NCBI GenBank assembly: GCA_028534125.1
Contig: CM052818.1
Location: 40,240,001 to 40,304,000, forward strand
Source of the DNA: Lama glama
Taxonomy: Eukaryota
Reading direction: 5' to 3'
DNA length: 64,000 nt
This document shows, in pieces, positions 52,537-64,000 of this stretch. The position numbers and the translations under genes are program-made. A model generated the notes under the pieces. It was not told where the DNA came from. It did no database searches and saw only the letters and a list, made by a program, of their open reading frames with translations. Positions within the stretch are counted from its first letter, which is position 1, and every line of letters starts with the position of its first letter.

Positions 52537-53459
52537 TGTACACAAACACACTCAGGGATGATTTTTTAAGTCTTTTTATATTTACATCTATATTTCCTCC
52601 TACAGATCCAGGTGCTCTTCAGCAATCATTTTGTTTCAGTCTGAAGAATTTCCTTTAGCATTTTCTTATACTGCAGGTCTGCAGGAAACCAATTAGTATT
52701 TGTCTATCTCAAAATGTCCCTAAGTTGCCTTCATTTTTGAAGGATATATTTGCTAGATATGAGATTATAAATATACCCTCCTCCCCCTTTTTTTCCTTTC
52801 AGCGTTAAGGATGTTCCATTGTGTTCAGCCTACATTGTTTCTGATGAGAAGCCAGCTGTCATTTCTATTTTTGTTCTCATATATTTAGTGCCTCCCTCCC
52901 CACCATAACTACTTTGAAAATTTTTGTCTTTATCTTAGGTTTTCAACAGTTTGTCTATGATATGCCTAGGTATGGCTTTGTTTTTATTCTGTCTGGTATT
53001 GAAGGATCTTGGATATGTGGGTTGATATCTTTCATCAAATTTAGATAATCCTTGACTGTTACATTGCCAACAATTTCCCTTTCCCATCCCATTTTCCTCT
53101 TCTGGTACTCCAGTCACAGCTATTTTAGATCACTTGATATTCGCCAACCTATTCTATATGCCACAATCCATTTCTTCCTTCAATCATTTTTATCTTGGTT
53201 TTAGTTTGGATAATTTCTATTGACCTACCTTCAAGTTTACCATTCTTTTTATTCTACTAGACTTACTCTATTGTTAAATGCAGTGAATAAATTATTCACT
53301 TCTGATACATTATGTCTAGTATTTCCATTTGACTCTTTTTACAATTTACATTTCTCTGCTTCAGCCTCCCTATGATCATGTGTGTTGTTCACTTTTTCCT
53401 CTAGATCTCTAAATATATTTATCATAACTCTCCTTAAGACATTTTTAAAATGTTTGAAA

Positions 53460-53980
53460 ATCACTGCCCTAGAGAAGTTCTTGTACGTGTGCACAAAGAG
53501 ATGTCCAAAAAGGTTAATTATAACATTTTTTTGTATACAGTAAAAATCTGAAAGCCATTTCAATGTTCATCAGTGAGGAAAGGAATAAATAAAATTGTAA
53601 TAGGGCCATATAGTGGAATACTATATAGCAATGAAACTTAAAAACCACAGCCAAATAGGTAAATCTCAAATAAAAGTCTGAGAGGGAAAAAAAAAACTAC
53701 TTGATTCAAACAGTGCAATACAATTTATATAGTTAACAGTGTGCAAGAAAAATTGTATATGTTGTTTAGCAATATATATTGCAAAAACATACACACATTC
53801 ATGGACCTGGCACTCCCTGAATTGAAAATAGTGGTTATCTTTGAGGATGGAGGAGAAAGAGGTAATGGCTAGAACATTCCAGAGATTTCACTGTTTTGCA
53901 TTGTTTATTTCTAAAACTGTGTGATGATTACATTATTCTCCACAATTTTTGTATGTTCAAAATATTTCATAATATTTTTG
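53460..53980 (+). mobile_element. L1ME-type 3' end
   Basis: 'caatgttcatcagtgaggaaaggaataaataaaattgt...gtggaatactatatagcaatgaaa'. Confidence 0.7.
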
Positions 53981-54004
53981 TCATAAGGTGCATATGTGGG
54001 GATA

Positions 54005-54420
54005 TAAGTGAAAGCAGGAAGCCCACAAGAGGCCATAACAGTGGTTTAGAAGAGATTTAAGGGAGGTCCAGGGTCCAGGAAGCAGTATGCAAGATGGAGA
54101 GAAGAGGAGATCCTGGAAATAATTCAGAAGTAGAGTGAAGGGACTTGGTTACGAGTTAGATGGGGAAAGAGAATGGTGAGAAAAAGTTAAAAATCAAGAA
54201 TGACTCCTGGTTTTCACCAGGAGTAGCTGCTAGGATAATATTATTGACACAGGAAAGATTGGCGAAGAAGTAGATTTGGAGGGAAAAATCAAAGAGTTCA
54301 TTTTTAGATTTGTTCAGTTTGAACTGTCTATTCAGCATCCAGTGGAGATGTCAAATAACAGTTGGATATATAAGAAGTCAGGTCTGAAATATATAAACGT
54401 GGAAGCTACAGGCACATAAA
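54005..54420 (-). mobile_element. L2 fragment
   Basis: 'aatcaagaatgactcctggtttt...gagttcatttttagatttgttcagtttgaactgtctattcagcatccagtggagatgtcaa'. Confidence 0.8.
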
Positions 54421-55045
54421 CAAGACACTGCTCCTTCCCATGTATCAACATCCTTGATGCATCAGTTATCTAGTTATCACAAGAAGACGTGTCATATGCT
54501 TTGCATTTTGTTTTTCTTTGCTTTGTTTGTTTGAGCCTTAAGATTAACTATTGCTTCTTTATCTTTAGTCTTTGGTCTTGAAGCTCCCAAACATACTTTA
54601 AGAATTCATCCACTCACAAACATTCTCCTTCTCAAGGAGTTCAGCAGCCAGGAGCAACCCTGTGCTAATTTGTCACTACCGGGCCCCCATTCATTGTCAC
54701 AAACAATTGCTAATCATGAGCATATTCTAAGTGCAAAACACTCTACAAGATGTCTTTGGGAATAGGGTTCTCTCTGGTACAATCACCACATTGAGAGCAT
54801 GACACATCACGGGGAAGAGAAGATACATGTAACAATTCCCATAACACCAGACTTCTGTTAAGTATTTTGGAGTGACTCGTGTGCATCAGATACCACCTTA
54901 GATTTGGGGATACAAGAGTGAGTTCAAATCTTATTCTGTTTACAGCCAGAAAGCAATTGAAAATAAAGTTACAACTCTGACAGCAAATAGAAAGTGAATG
55001 AAAGTAAGGGATCTAATAATTAAAACAGTAGAATATCCTCTAGAT

Positions 55046-55375
55046 CAAGAGTCAGCACACGTTTTTTAGAACTGTTCGGGTGGTAAATTTTTAGGTTTTA
55101 TAGGTCATACAGTTTCTACTGCAGTTAGTTATTCCAATAATAACAGGAAAGCAGCCACTGACATCATGAAAACAAAAAAGTATGGCTGTGTACCAATAAA
55201 ATATTTGTATAGATACTGAAATTTGTATTTCATGTAATTTTCATGTTATGAAATACTGTTCTTCTTTGGATTTTTTAAAATATTTAAAAATGTAAAAAGT
55301 ATTCATAGCTCATAGATCATACAAAAATAGAATGTAGACTGGACTGGGTCCATGGGATGTTGTTTCATAACCTTG
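55046..55375. mobile_element. MER58B-like hAT-Charlie element
   Basis: 'tatggctgtgtaccaataaaatatttgtatagatactgaaatttgtatttcatgtaattttcatg'. Degenerate 8-bp TSD ctctagat / ctccaggt. Confidence 0.8.
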
Positions 55376-55409
55376 CTCCAGGTCAACTTCCCAATTCTGC
55401 TCCAGCTAT

Positions 55410-55580
55410 AAGGATAAGTTACATACTTTCCAGGGCCCTTTGCAAACGGAAAATGAAGGACGTTCAAAAATTAGTAAGAATTTCAAGACAGCTACAGCAG
55501 AGCATTAAACTAAGTGTGGGCCCTACTGGGCTCAGCATTTTGTGGGACCACACAGCTCACATGACCATGAAGCCAGCCTG
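55410..55580 (-). mobile_element. MER91A-like hAT element
   Basis: 'gttcaaaaattagtaagaatttcaagacagctacagcagagcattaaactaagtgtgggccc...ccatgaagccagcctg'. Confidence 0.75.
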
Positions 55581-56049
55581 TCATGTATCTATATCTTAAT
55601 TGCATTCCTAGTTTCCTAGATATGAATTGACTGGCATGGATAATATTTAAGTATGTGCTCCTAATACCAAAGATTGATTTTAACTCTGTATTGCTAGAAA
55701 CTTACATAGTACCTAGGACATAGCAGGTGTTCAAATCAAAATTAGTAGGATGAATGTAAAATGAATAAATGACTGCACTTGAAAGTTTTGTATATTTTGA
55801 TTCCTGAATCACAAAAAAATAATGATAAGCTCCTGTCACCAAAAGTTATAGTTTCCTTGAAAATCCACCCAGAGGTCTAGAGATAGGCATTTCTGAAATT
55901 TGTTTTTTAAAATAAGCTTACATTTTTTTTGAATCATTAAGCACTCTTTCTCTAGCCTAATTTATTCCCCTTTCCATATAGTACCTCACTCTCCACTCAA
56001 AATAATCCACTTGAGCTTCAGTTGTGTCAAGTTCTCTCAGCTTCCCAAG

Positions 56050-57390
56050 TTGTTACACACTGCTTCCTCTTCCTGGAAAGACTCCCACTACGTCCATCTG
56101 GACAACCCCTGATTTTCTTCAAAGTTTTGTTTCTCTGCCATCTTGTTTGAGAAGCCTGTTCTCTCACACTGCTCCCTACAAGCTATATGACATGCTCCTA
56201 CTGCATCTCGATAACCTCCTGTCCCTGTGTCAGAGCTTGAATGGGGATGGATTGTGACTTTCTCTTCCCCTGCCTCCTCCTAGACCTAGGCCAGCTCCCT
56301 GGAAGCAGGGACCCTAAGGCATTTATCTTTGCCTCTTAAGCACTTGACACATAACAGGTGCTCAGTAAATGTGTGATAAATCAATGAGTGAATGAATGTG
56401 AATAGCAAAGCAGCCTGGTAAAAACTGTCTGACCAGGTCTTTTAAAGGTTCGTTTCCCTTAGACAATTAGATCCAAGATAAACAGCCTGAAGCCCTCCCC
56501 TCAAAAGAATGACAGCATACAAAGTTCTCTGGCAAGGTATGCTCAGCAAGCAGTGTGGCCTACGTGGATGGTGAAGGCAGCTGTGGCCACCCAGTGGTCA
56601 CTGTTACAGTTCTCAGTAAAGCCTCAGTAAGTCCAGTGGAAATGTTCTGCATCTGTGTTCCTCTCCTTTCATCACTTATTCATTCACTCAACAAATAGTT
56701 ATTAGGCCCCAGGCACTATTCCAGCATGGGGATATGTCAGTGAGCCAAAAAATTCCCTTTCTCATTAAGCCCATGCTCTAGTGGTGGAAATACACAGTAA
56801 ATAATCATACAATATATGTAAGATGATAATAAGGACTATGAGGCACAAAAATAGCACAGTGAGGGTGACTAGGGACAGTCCAACTAAGCGTGGTCAGGGA
56901 CGGCTGCTCTGACTGCCTCACTGTCGTGCATGGAGAGATACAGCAGTCATTTCCACGGGTGATTAGAGAAAGGCTATCTGCAGTTATCTTGCTTTTTTTT
57001 TTTAATTTGTTTTCTTGTGTTTTGTCCATCTTGCCCATTAGAATAAAATCACCATGAGGTCAAGGGCCATGTTTAGTATCCATAACTGGGAGGAATAGGC
57101 AAATTACAGTCCATAAGCCAAATCCAGCCCAACACCTGGTTCTGTAAAGTTATATCAGAACACAAGCAAACCTACTTGTTTATGAATTCTTTGCGGCTGT
57201 TTTCACTCTACCACAGCTGAGTTCAGTAACTGCAACCAACATCATCTAGCCCACAAAGCCTAAAATACTATCCAGCCCTTTTAAGAAAGTTTTTCAATCA
57301 TAATTCTAGAATAGTACCTGGCATATGGTAGGAACTTTGTTGGATGAATGGATGAATGAATGAATGAATGAATGAATGAATGAATGACTA
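56050..57390. mobile_element. Cluster of L2 3' ends (plus ~56050-56400, minus ~56670-56990, plus ~57000-57390 with (TGAA)n tail)
   Basis: 'caggtgctcagtaaatgtgtga', 'attcattcactcaacaaatagttatt' and 'gtacctggcatatggtagg...(tgaa)n'. Confidence 0.75.
57090..57305. mobile_element. MER58A-like hAT-Charlie element nested in L2
   Basis: 'ggcaaattacagtccataagccaaatccagccc...gcccacaaagcctaaaatactatccagcccttt'. Confidence 0.8.
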
Positions 57391-58781
57391 ATGACTTGAA
57401 TCTTCATGACAACTTAACTTCATATAATTTTTTAAAGTTCAAGAGCTGATATTTGAACTAAGTTTAACAATTCCAAACCTACACCCATTCCACTGTGCTA
57501 TATTCCTTTCCTAAAATAACTCTCACGTGTTTGCCACTTTACCATTTATAAGATGTTGTTTTTCTGTTCTTGTTTGGACTTAGTGACAACTTTCTGAGAG
57601 AAGTTTTCAAGTTTTGCCATTGTCACCCCAATTTTAGCTGAGGAAACAGGCTATGAAAGGCTGAGTACTTTGTCCAGCATCACTCAGCTAGTAGAAGAAG
57701 GAGTCTAGACTGGGCCCCAGGGCTGTCCTTTGTCTTTACGACGTTTAGAACCCTGTTTATCTTCATTTATCAACTGTGTTCCTAAAAGGTGTGAATTTAT
57801 TTTATTTATATTTATATCCTCAATGCCTAACATAGTTTGTGACTCATGTAGACAGCCCATAAGTGGTTGGTGAATACATACAATTCATTTTCCTACTTCA
57901 CAGAAGAAAACTAAATTGTTCAACATTAATTGCACAAGACTGATGTAAGGGCAATCAGTATAAGGCCCAAAACCTGGCTGCGTTCTAGGTCCAATTCCAA
58001 CCTACACAGACTCGTCTCCCTAATTCCTAGCTTACTATTTAAATAAGACAAGACACATAACTAGGTAGATCATTTTCTGATCCCAAACCACTCAGATCTT
58101 ATATCCATCTCCTTACTAATGTCAAATGATTTCCCTTTGAGTTGCACATGCAGCATCTACTTCCTTTTTTTAAAAAAATACCCGCTAACAGATCTACATT
58201 GTTTTTAAGTTGTGCCACACCTTCCTTGAAGAAGCATGAGACATTCTTCAAAAATTAAGATGATGTTAACGGATGAAATATTTATATAATTTTCTGTTTT
58301 CGAGAACTACAATGGCGTTTGTGGGAAACATGATTAATAGCATAAAAATTACTTCTATCTTTGGCTAACTAGTGTCCAGTAATGAATCAACTCATCACAA
58401 CTGAAGATAATGTGTACTCTTAGCCTGTTCAAATTTCTTACAGATGACATGATTGTAAGTGGAAATATTCCAAATCGTGAAATACTTACACAGCAATGAA
58501 AACAGTTAAGACACAACAGGCAAGTATGGACAGTACTGTTCTGGACAGAAAGACAGACATGAGAAATGTGTATTGAAAGATGAACAGACATATGCCCTTT
58601 CTGAGAGTCTAAGACGTCTCTCAGGATAGGCATGTCTTTAGGACTGACTGATTTAGAGCCCTTTCCTGTTTCTGAGATGCAGCTGTCAAATGATATTTCC
58701 TCTCAGTTTTGGATTATAGGATAAAAGCTAAAGTGACAAATAGCTGTTCTGGACATTGGCCAAGTATCATTTAATGCATTA

Positions 58782-58948
58782 TTTCTCTTTCTATCCCCCC
58801 CCCTTTCCCTTTCACCACCTCTTCCCTGCGTCCTCCTCTTTCTCCCCCTCGTTCTTTCCCCCCTCATTCTTTCCCTCCTCTTCCTTCTTCTTCTCTCTCT
58901 CTCGTCATCTCTATCTCTCTCTCTCTTCTATTCTCTCTCTCTCTCTTT
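58782..58948. repeat. CT-rich low-complexity / (CT)n tract
   Basis: Read directly from the sequence. Confidence 0.85.
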
Positions 58949-60239
58949 AGATTTTTCCTGAACTTGTAGTTTTGATGATTTAGGCATGAAAAACTATATT
59001 ATTAGCACATAATTAAGAATTCCTTTAAAATACTGTCAAACATAACAGGAATAAATGGCCAAATCCAAGTTAGTTTCTAAATACCCATCATTACATGCAA
59101 ACAGTATATTGTTACAGTGTCTAACTGACTTAGACTCTGGGAACTGATTCCAAGGTTCCACACTGAATTAATTTACAGAATTTGCACTGACCCAACTTTC
59201 TCGTCAGTGCATCCTCCCTTCTTCTAGATTACACTATCACTGGGCTAAAATAATCAAACTACTATTTTATAATAATAATCCTAATTTCTTAACCAACACA
59301 GTTAATATAAGTAAATAGAAAGAGAACATTTGCAAACAGATTATCAGGAGGCTGTTATTTGTATAAGATCTAGCCCAGAAGATACTGGATTTTCTTTGCT
59401 ATAAGATGAGCTGTGGAATTTATTGTTTTTCAAAATCCTTCCAATGTGAAATAGCATAGCCTACATTTCTAGGATACCAGGTATCAACTGCCTTGAATTC
59501 AATAAAAATGGATTATTTAATATTTCTCCCACAGTTCTATGATTCGAGAAATTCTTAATAAGAAAAAGGTACTACTGCATTTTATTATTCAAGCAAAAGA
59601 CAGAAAAAATAAGACACCATTTCTATTAATGGTATTTATTATTCTACAAAATAGGCTTATTGAGCATAGTCTTTCTTAAAATCCACAGACACTCTTGCAT
59701 ATATATGTGTTCTCCTATTCTTGATATCATTAGAGTCATTTAAATAGAAAAATTAACAAACAAGAATTGTCTACAGTTTTAGGTTTATTTGAAAATTTAG
59801 GGCACTCCTATTACTGACTTTAGACTCTTCCTTGAAGTCTCCATTTTCATAACTAACTGCACAATGTATTTACTCATATTTACTTACTCTAAGGCAAGGG
59901 AAATACACATGGTTTTTTGGTGACAATAAATACCTCTTCTCCGTTTACATTCAGTAAAAGCCCATACACTAGAATTTTGTGTACTGGTTGGCCACTAGAC
60001 ACCATCTGGGTGCTTCAGGACAGTTCCCTAAGTCAGTCAGTAGTGTGAGTAGGCTGTAGTCAAGAGACATCCTGGCTAACTCAAGACACAGTGTGTCTAT
60101 CTGGTCCTGGCATTGATTGACTTTCACTAGAAATCAGGCATTTTTTGTTCCACTGGGGTGAATTCACCTATGGATGTTGCGGCTTTAGTGGTGACTGCAG
60201 TTGTCCCCACTGATGTAATGTTAAAATTGTTACCATTAA

Positions 60240-61610
60240 GAGTTACCATTTATGATGACATGATGATTATATACTGGGCACTCCAGTAAGCACCTCACAA
60301 GCGCTATCTCATTTAATCTTCCCAACCACTGGAAAATTATAATCATTATCCCCATTTTACTGATAAGGTAACTAACACAGAGTTTTAAGCTTTAAGGTCA
60401 CATACCCAATAAATGGCACATCTGTGACTTAAATCCAGGTCTGCTGAATTCTACAGTCAAAACTTTCCCCTAGTTCTTTACTGTAAATAATATTTAGCAC
60501 ATAAACAATTATTAACATAGAACCAGAAATAAAGTGTCTATAAATGCCTCTTTTAAAAATGTAGTTAAAGGTGTTCTCCCTTTAACCCCATCCTTCATGT
60601 TGAGCTCTTCAGAATTCTGCAGCAAAAACACTGGGCCTGGAATCAAGGGAAATAAGTCCTGGTTTTGAAATTACCACCAACTTACTGTGTGATTTGGGGA
60701 AACCCATCTAAACTCTTTGGGTTTCAGTGTTGAGATCCACAAAACGATGCAATTGGATTATATCATCTTTAGGGTCACTTACTGTTTTGAGATTCTACAG
60801 CTGTCCGTTGGTTGGTAATGCCTCGTCTTTGTGAAAAGGTATACTTTATCTCAACTGTAATGACCATGACTTTTCTAACTAATGGGGCCTTAAGAAATGA
60901 GCTTTATCTTAAAAATTCAGTAATGGCTGAGAAAATTAACCATATGAACAGTCTAACTATAAAGATGGGAAACACTAGACATTGTGCTCAGTGCTTTCAC
61001 TAATGCTACACCAGTTCTGAGATATGTCCCTTTATTCTTATTTTATAGAAAAGGAAACTGAGGCCCTGAGAGGTAATGTTTCTTGTCTGAGGTTATGTAG
61101 TTAGTAAGGGGTACAGAAGTGACTCAGAGTCTGGAATCACAGACTCAGGAGTTGAAGGGGGTTTGGAAGTCACATAGCCTAATGTTCTACCTAAAATTAA
61201 GGTAATATTGGGCTGCTGATACCTGTGAAGTAATTTAGGATCTTTTTTTAATTGAATATAGGTTTGAAATGTACACTAAATTTCCCATAGTTTGGATGAA
61301 GAGAGGAGAACAGCACAAAACTCACTAAAATAAGGTCAGGTCCAAATAATGAAGGAAAATTCAAGTTTAACACAGTGATTAGAAGCCCAAACCTTGAAAA
61401 CTGACTGGCATGGGCTGAATCCTGACTGGCATTTAAAAGATATGTGACAAGTATGGTACTTTAAACTCAATAAGCCTCAGTCTCCACATGTCTGAATTAG
61501 GAACATAATACTTACTATAGTAGTACTATGAAGATTAAATGGGATAATGCATGTTATACTGTTAGCAGAGAACCCATCACATGCATGAAAGTGGGCTATT
61601 ATTCTTGTTT
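60240..61610. mobile_element. MIR cluster in alternating orientations (minus ~60240-60470, plus ~60620-60800, minus ~60970-61130, plus ~61370-61610)
   Basis: Cores 'ccccattttactgataaggtaac', 'tgtgtgatttggggaaacccatctaaactctttgggtttcagt', 'aggaaactgaggccctgagagg' and 'aagcctcagtctccacatgtctgaa'. Confidence 0.75.
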
Positions 61611-61749
61611 CTCAGTGAACTAAAGGGAAGAACTTAGACAGCAGTCATCACTTAGTTCTGATCGCCAAGGCTCCCAGCCCTTCTTCCCATCCCCCACTGC
61701 CACTGTAAAGAAACTGCATTTCACTGAAGACAAATTGTGTTCATGGTTC

Positions 61750-62193
61750 TAAAAAAGAAAAAAAAATGCCATTTGCAGCAACATGCATGGGCCTGGAGAT
61801 CATCATACTAAGTGAAATAAGCCAGAAAGAGACAGAAAAATACCATATGATATCACTTATATGAGGAATCTTGAAAAAAAAAAAAGGGACACAAATGTAC
61901 TTATTTACAAAATAGAGACAGAATCACAGACATAGAAAACAAACTAACAGTTACCAGGGGGGAAAGGGGGGGGGAAGTTTGGAATTGGTGGACACTAATT
62001 AGTATATATAAAATAGATAAACAACAAGGTCCCACTGTATAGCACAGGGAACTATATTCAATACCTTGTAATGGCCTATAATGAAAAAGAATATTAAAAG
62101 GAGATTATATACATATATATATATATAATGAATCACTATGCTGTACACCAAAAATTAATACATTATAATCCGACTATACTTCAATTAAAAAAA
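61750..62193 (+). mobile_element. 5'-truncated cetartiodactyl-type L1 with perfect 14-bp TSD
   Basis: 'atgccatttgcagcaacatgcatgggcctggagatcatcatactaagtgaaataagccaga...'. TSD TGTGTTCATGGTTC at 61736-61749 and 62194-62207. Confidence 0.95.
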
Positions 62194-63434
62194 TGTGTTC
62201 ATGGTTCAATAATTGACGTAAGTGCTTTAACCATTCATTCTAGGACTGAGTATCAGTTACCTCAAGAGCAAAATCTTTATGGAAAGACCAGCAGATATAC
62301 TAGTACCAAGCCCCCACTGTAGAGCTTCAGTATTCAACGTAAATCCCAGCCTGACTGACAACATCATCATAGACCAGGTAGTAGTAACCTATGTAACCTC
62401 TAATCCAAAAAACATTTGGCAAGAACTAGAAATGTCAGCAAATGAAGAGGGAAGGAAGAGCCTGAGGTAATAAGAGTGCTTCAGCCTCAGACAGGGATAA
62501 GATGGATGGTCAGCGATAGGGCTGTGCCAGAAACTAGTAGCATGGATGATTTGTCTTGGAAGAGCTTGTCGAAAACAGTAATTCTTGTTTACGTGCAATT
62601 TTTACAGTACTTTCCTTGAAAAACATGAAGGTTCTCCACACAATACCTCACGTTCTTCCAGGGAACAATGATAAGAAATAGCTTTGGGCTCTAACAAGGT
62701 TGGCGAGAATGAGAGTCATCAGAGGACAACAAGGACACTGGGCGGCAGAGGGAGACTTGCATGGAAACAATAAACTCAGATGTGTCGGGGCATAAGGAGG
62801 AAGAGAAGTCAGTCTAGTGGTGCTGATCTTTGCTCTCATTCCAGAAAGGGCCTGGCTATTTCCAGATTCTCCCCACCAACCTTCTGTCACCTTTCCTTTT
62901 ATATCTCAAATTATAAGTGTCTGGAGGGTGGGGAATCACCTATCTGACTACAGAAACACAGTAAACACTTGTCCCGTGAGTGATTGAAATCCATGTAATC
63001 TTTGAAGTGCGTAAGTACCTACATCTACAACTCTACATTTTCTTGCTCCCCAAATGTCATAATTATCATGTTCTACAAGTTAGCGTGGCTAAATCTCATT
63101 GTCTTTTTTTTCCTGGGAGTGTAAACAATGAAACAATGTGGTCACGAGTCTTTTCCACTTGCGCAGGGCAGGAAGCTGTAGAACCAAGTTCTGTGCTGCT
63201 AATGGTCTCAGTGCCCTTGGGCTCAATATTTAACCCTTCTTCACATCACTACAAAGTAACCTGATTAAAGCTTGAGAGGGAATATATGATCTTATGCCGC
63301 TTTCAGTCAAAAGATTCTGCTAAGCCCTTTGCAGTATTTGGTGGACAATTTTTTTAACTGTGAAATTTGCATAAAACTATACATAAGATTACTTTTCGGA
63401 AAGCATCCCGAATCTAAAGTGAAAACAAATGCTA

Positions 63435-63630
63435 CAGGCAAGGTGGCATGGTATATCAAGAGAGTCACTGAACAGGGAGTTAAGACATCAGAGTTCTGGT
63501 TATGTCTCAGCTTTAAATTGTCATGGGAAGTTGGACATATTATTCACATCTTCTGGCCCTTTTTTCCCCCATAAGTAGATTGAAAGGGTTAGTATAGGAT
63601 AACCTCAAAAGGTTCTTCATAGCCCTAAAA
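63435..63630 (+). mobile_element. MIR (MIR3-like) fragment
   Basis: 'ggcaaggtggcatggtatatcaagagagtcactgaacagggagttaagacatcagagttctgg'. Confidence 0.6.
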
Positions 63631-64000
63631 CTGAAAAAAGTCTGGTGGTAATTTAATATGGGGCCAGATTTACACAATACACATATATTATGCTCCTGAA
63701 TATAAAAGCATAGAATGTGTGCTATTTATAATGAGCTGCTACAAAAATGATTTAATTTCATAAACTGGGCAAAGAGATGCTTTATGAAGTAACTTCACTA
63801 AGGAAGAAAATGAAAATGAATTTGGATCTGAAGAAATAAATGAGGAAGGAAAAGATTTTGGTGACTTTCCAAAACTATACTTAAGCCAAAGTGTTCAGGG
63901 AAAATTTAGCAATATTTATTTAAGATAAAAATTACAGGATTTAAACACGTTGTTCTAATTTTAATATCGAATAGAGGCTTTAAATGGAAATTAGTACATT

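Larger units (their letters stand above)
50440..53440 (-). mobile_element. Old antisense L1M fragments (3' end, ORF2 pieces, ORF1 region) interrupted by MLT1A and simple repeats
   Basis: 'tttgtttatccattcacctgttggtggacacttaggatgcttccagttt', 'ttttccatatggatattcagttttccc' and 'gccttcatttttgaaggatatatttgctagatat'. ORF 52935..53117 resembles L1 ORF1 (GVPEEE...PRHIIDKLLKT). Confidence 0.85.

Noticed and set aside
56340..56720. Tail-to-tail L2 pair as a miR-28/miR-151-type hairpin
   Set aside because: The tails are ~270 bp apart and poorly complementary, too long for a pre-miRNA.
700..63574. Short ORFs of the six-frame track as host genes
   Set aside because: All are 60-141 aa. Many lie in repeats or low-complexity tracts, and none has a recognisable domain apart from Tigger1 and L1 remnants.

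Overview
AT-rich, CpG-depleted eutherian mammalian DNA that looks intergenic or deep-intronic. The young L1 3' ends and the absence of Alu, B1/B2, Bov-tA, PRE-1 and CAN SINEs suggest a camelid-like cetartiodactyl (inference). I find no credible host protein-coding exon: the ORF track consists of chance ORFs plus broken Tigger1 transposase pieces. Much of the window is decayed transposons (L1/HAL1, L2, MIR, MLT1 LTRs, MER45/58/91, one full-length Tigger1). The most unusual structure is at 33.1-34.65 kb. Two ~200-bp inverted-repeat arms (about 80-85% identical by eye) enclose a ~1.09-kb loop. The loop holds a full-length retroposed U5 snRNA copy with a 3'-box-like extension, and it is bounded by a plus-strand 3' splice site and a consensus 5' splice site, which is back-splicing/dsRNA geometry. 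Other observations are two candidate L1 3' transductions and TE-free blocks with clustered posterior-HOX/CDX motifs. TE names come from recalled consensus sequences, and boundaries of old elements are approximate.
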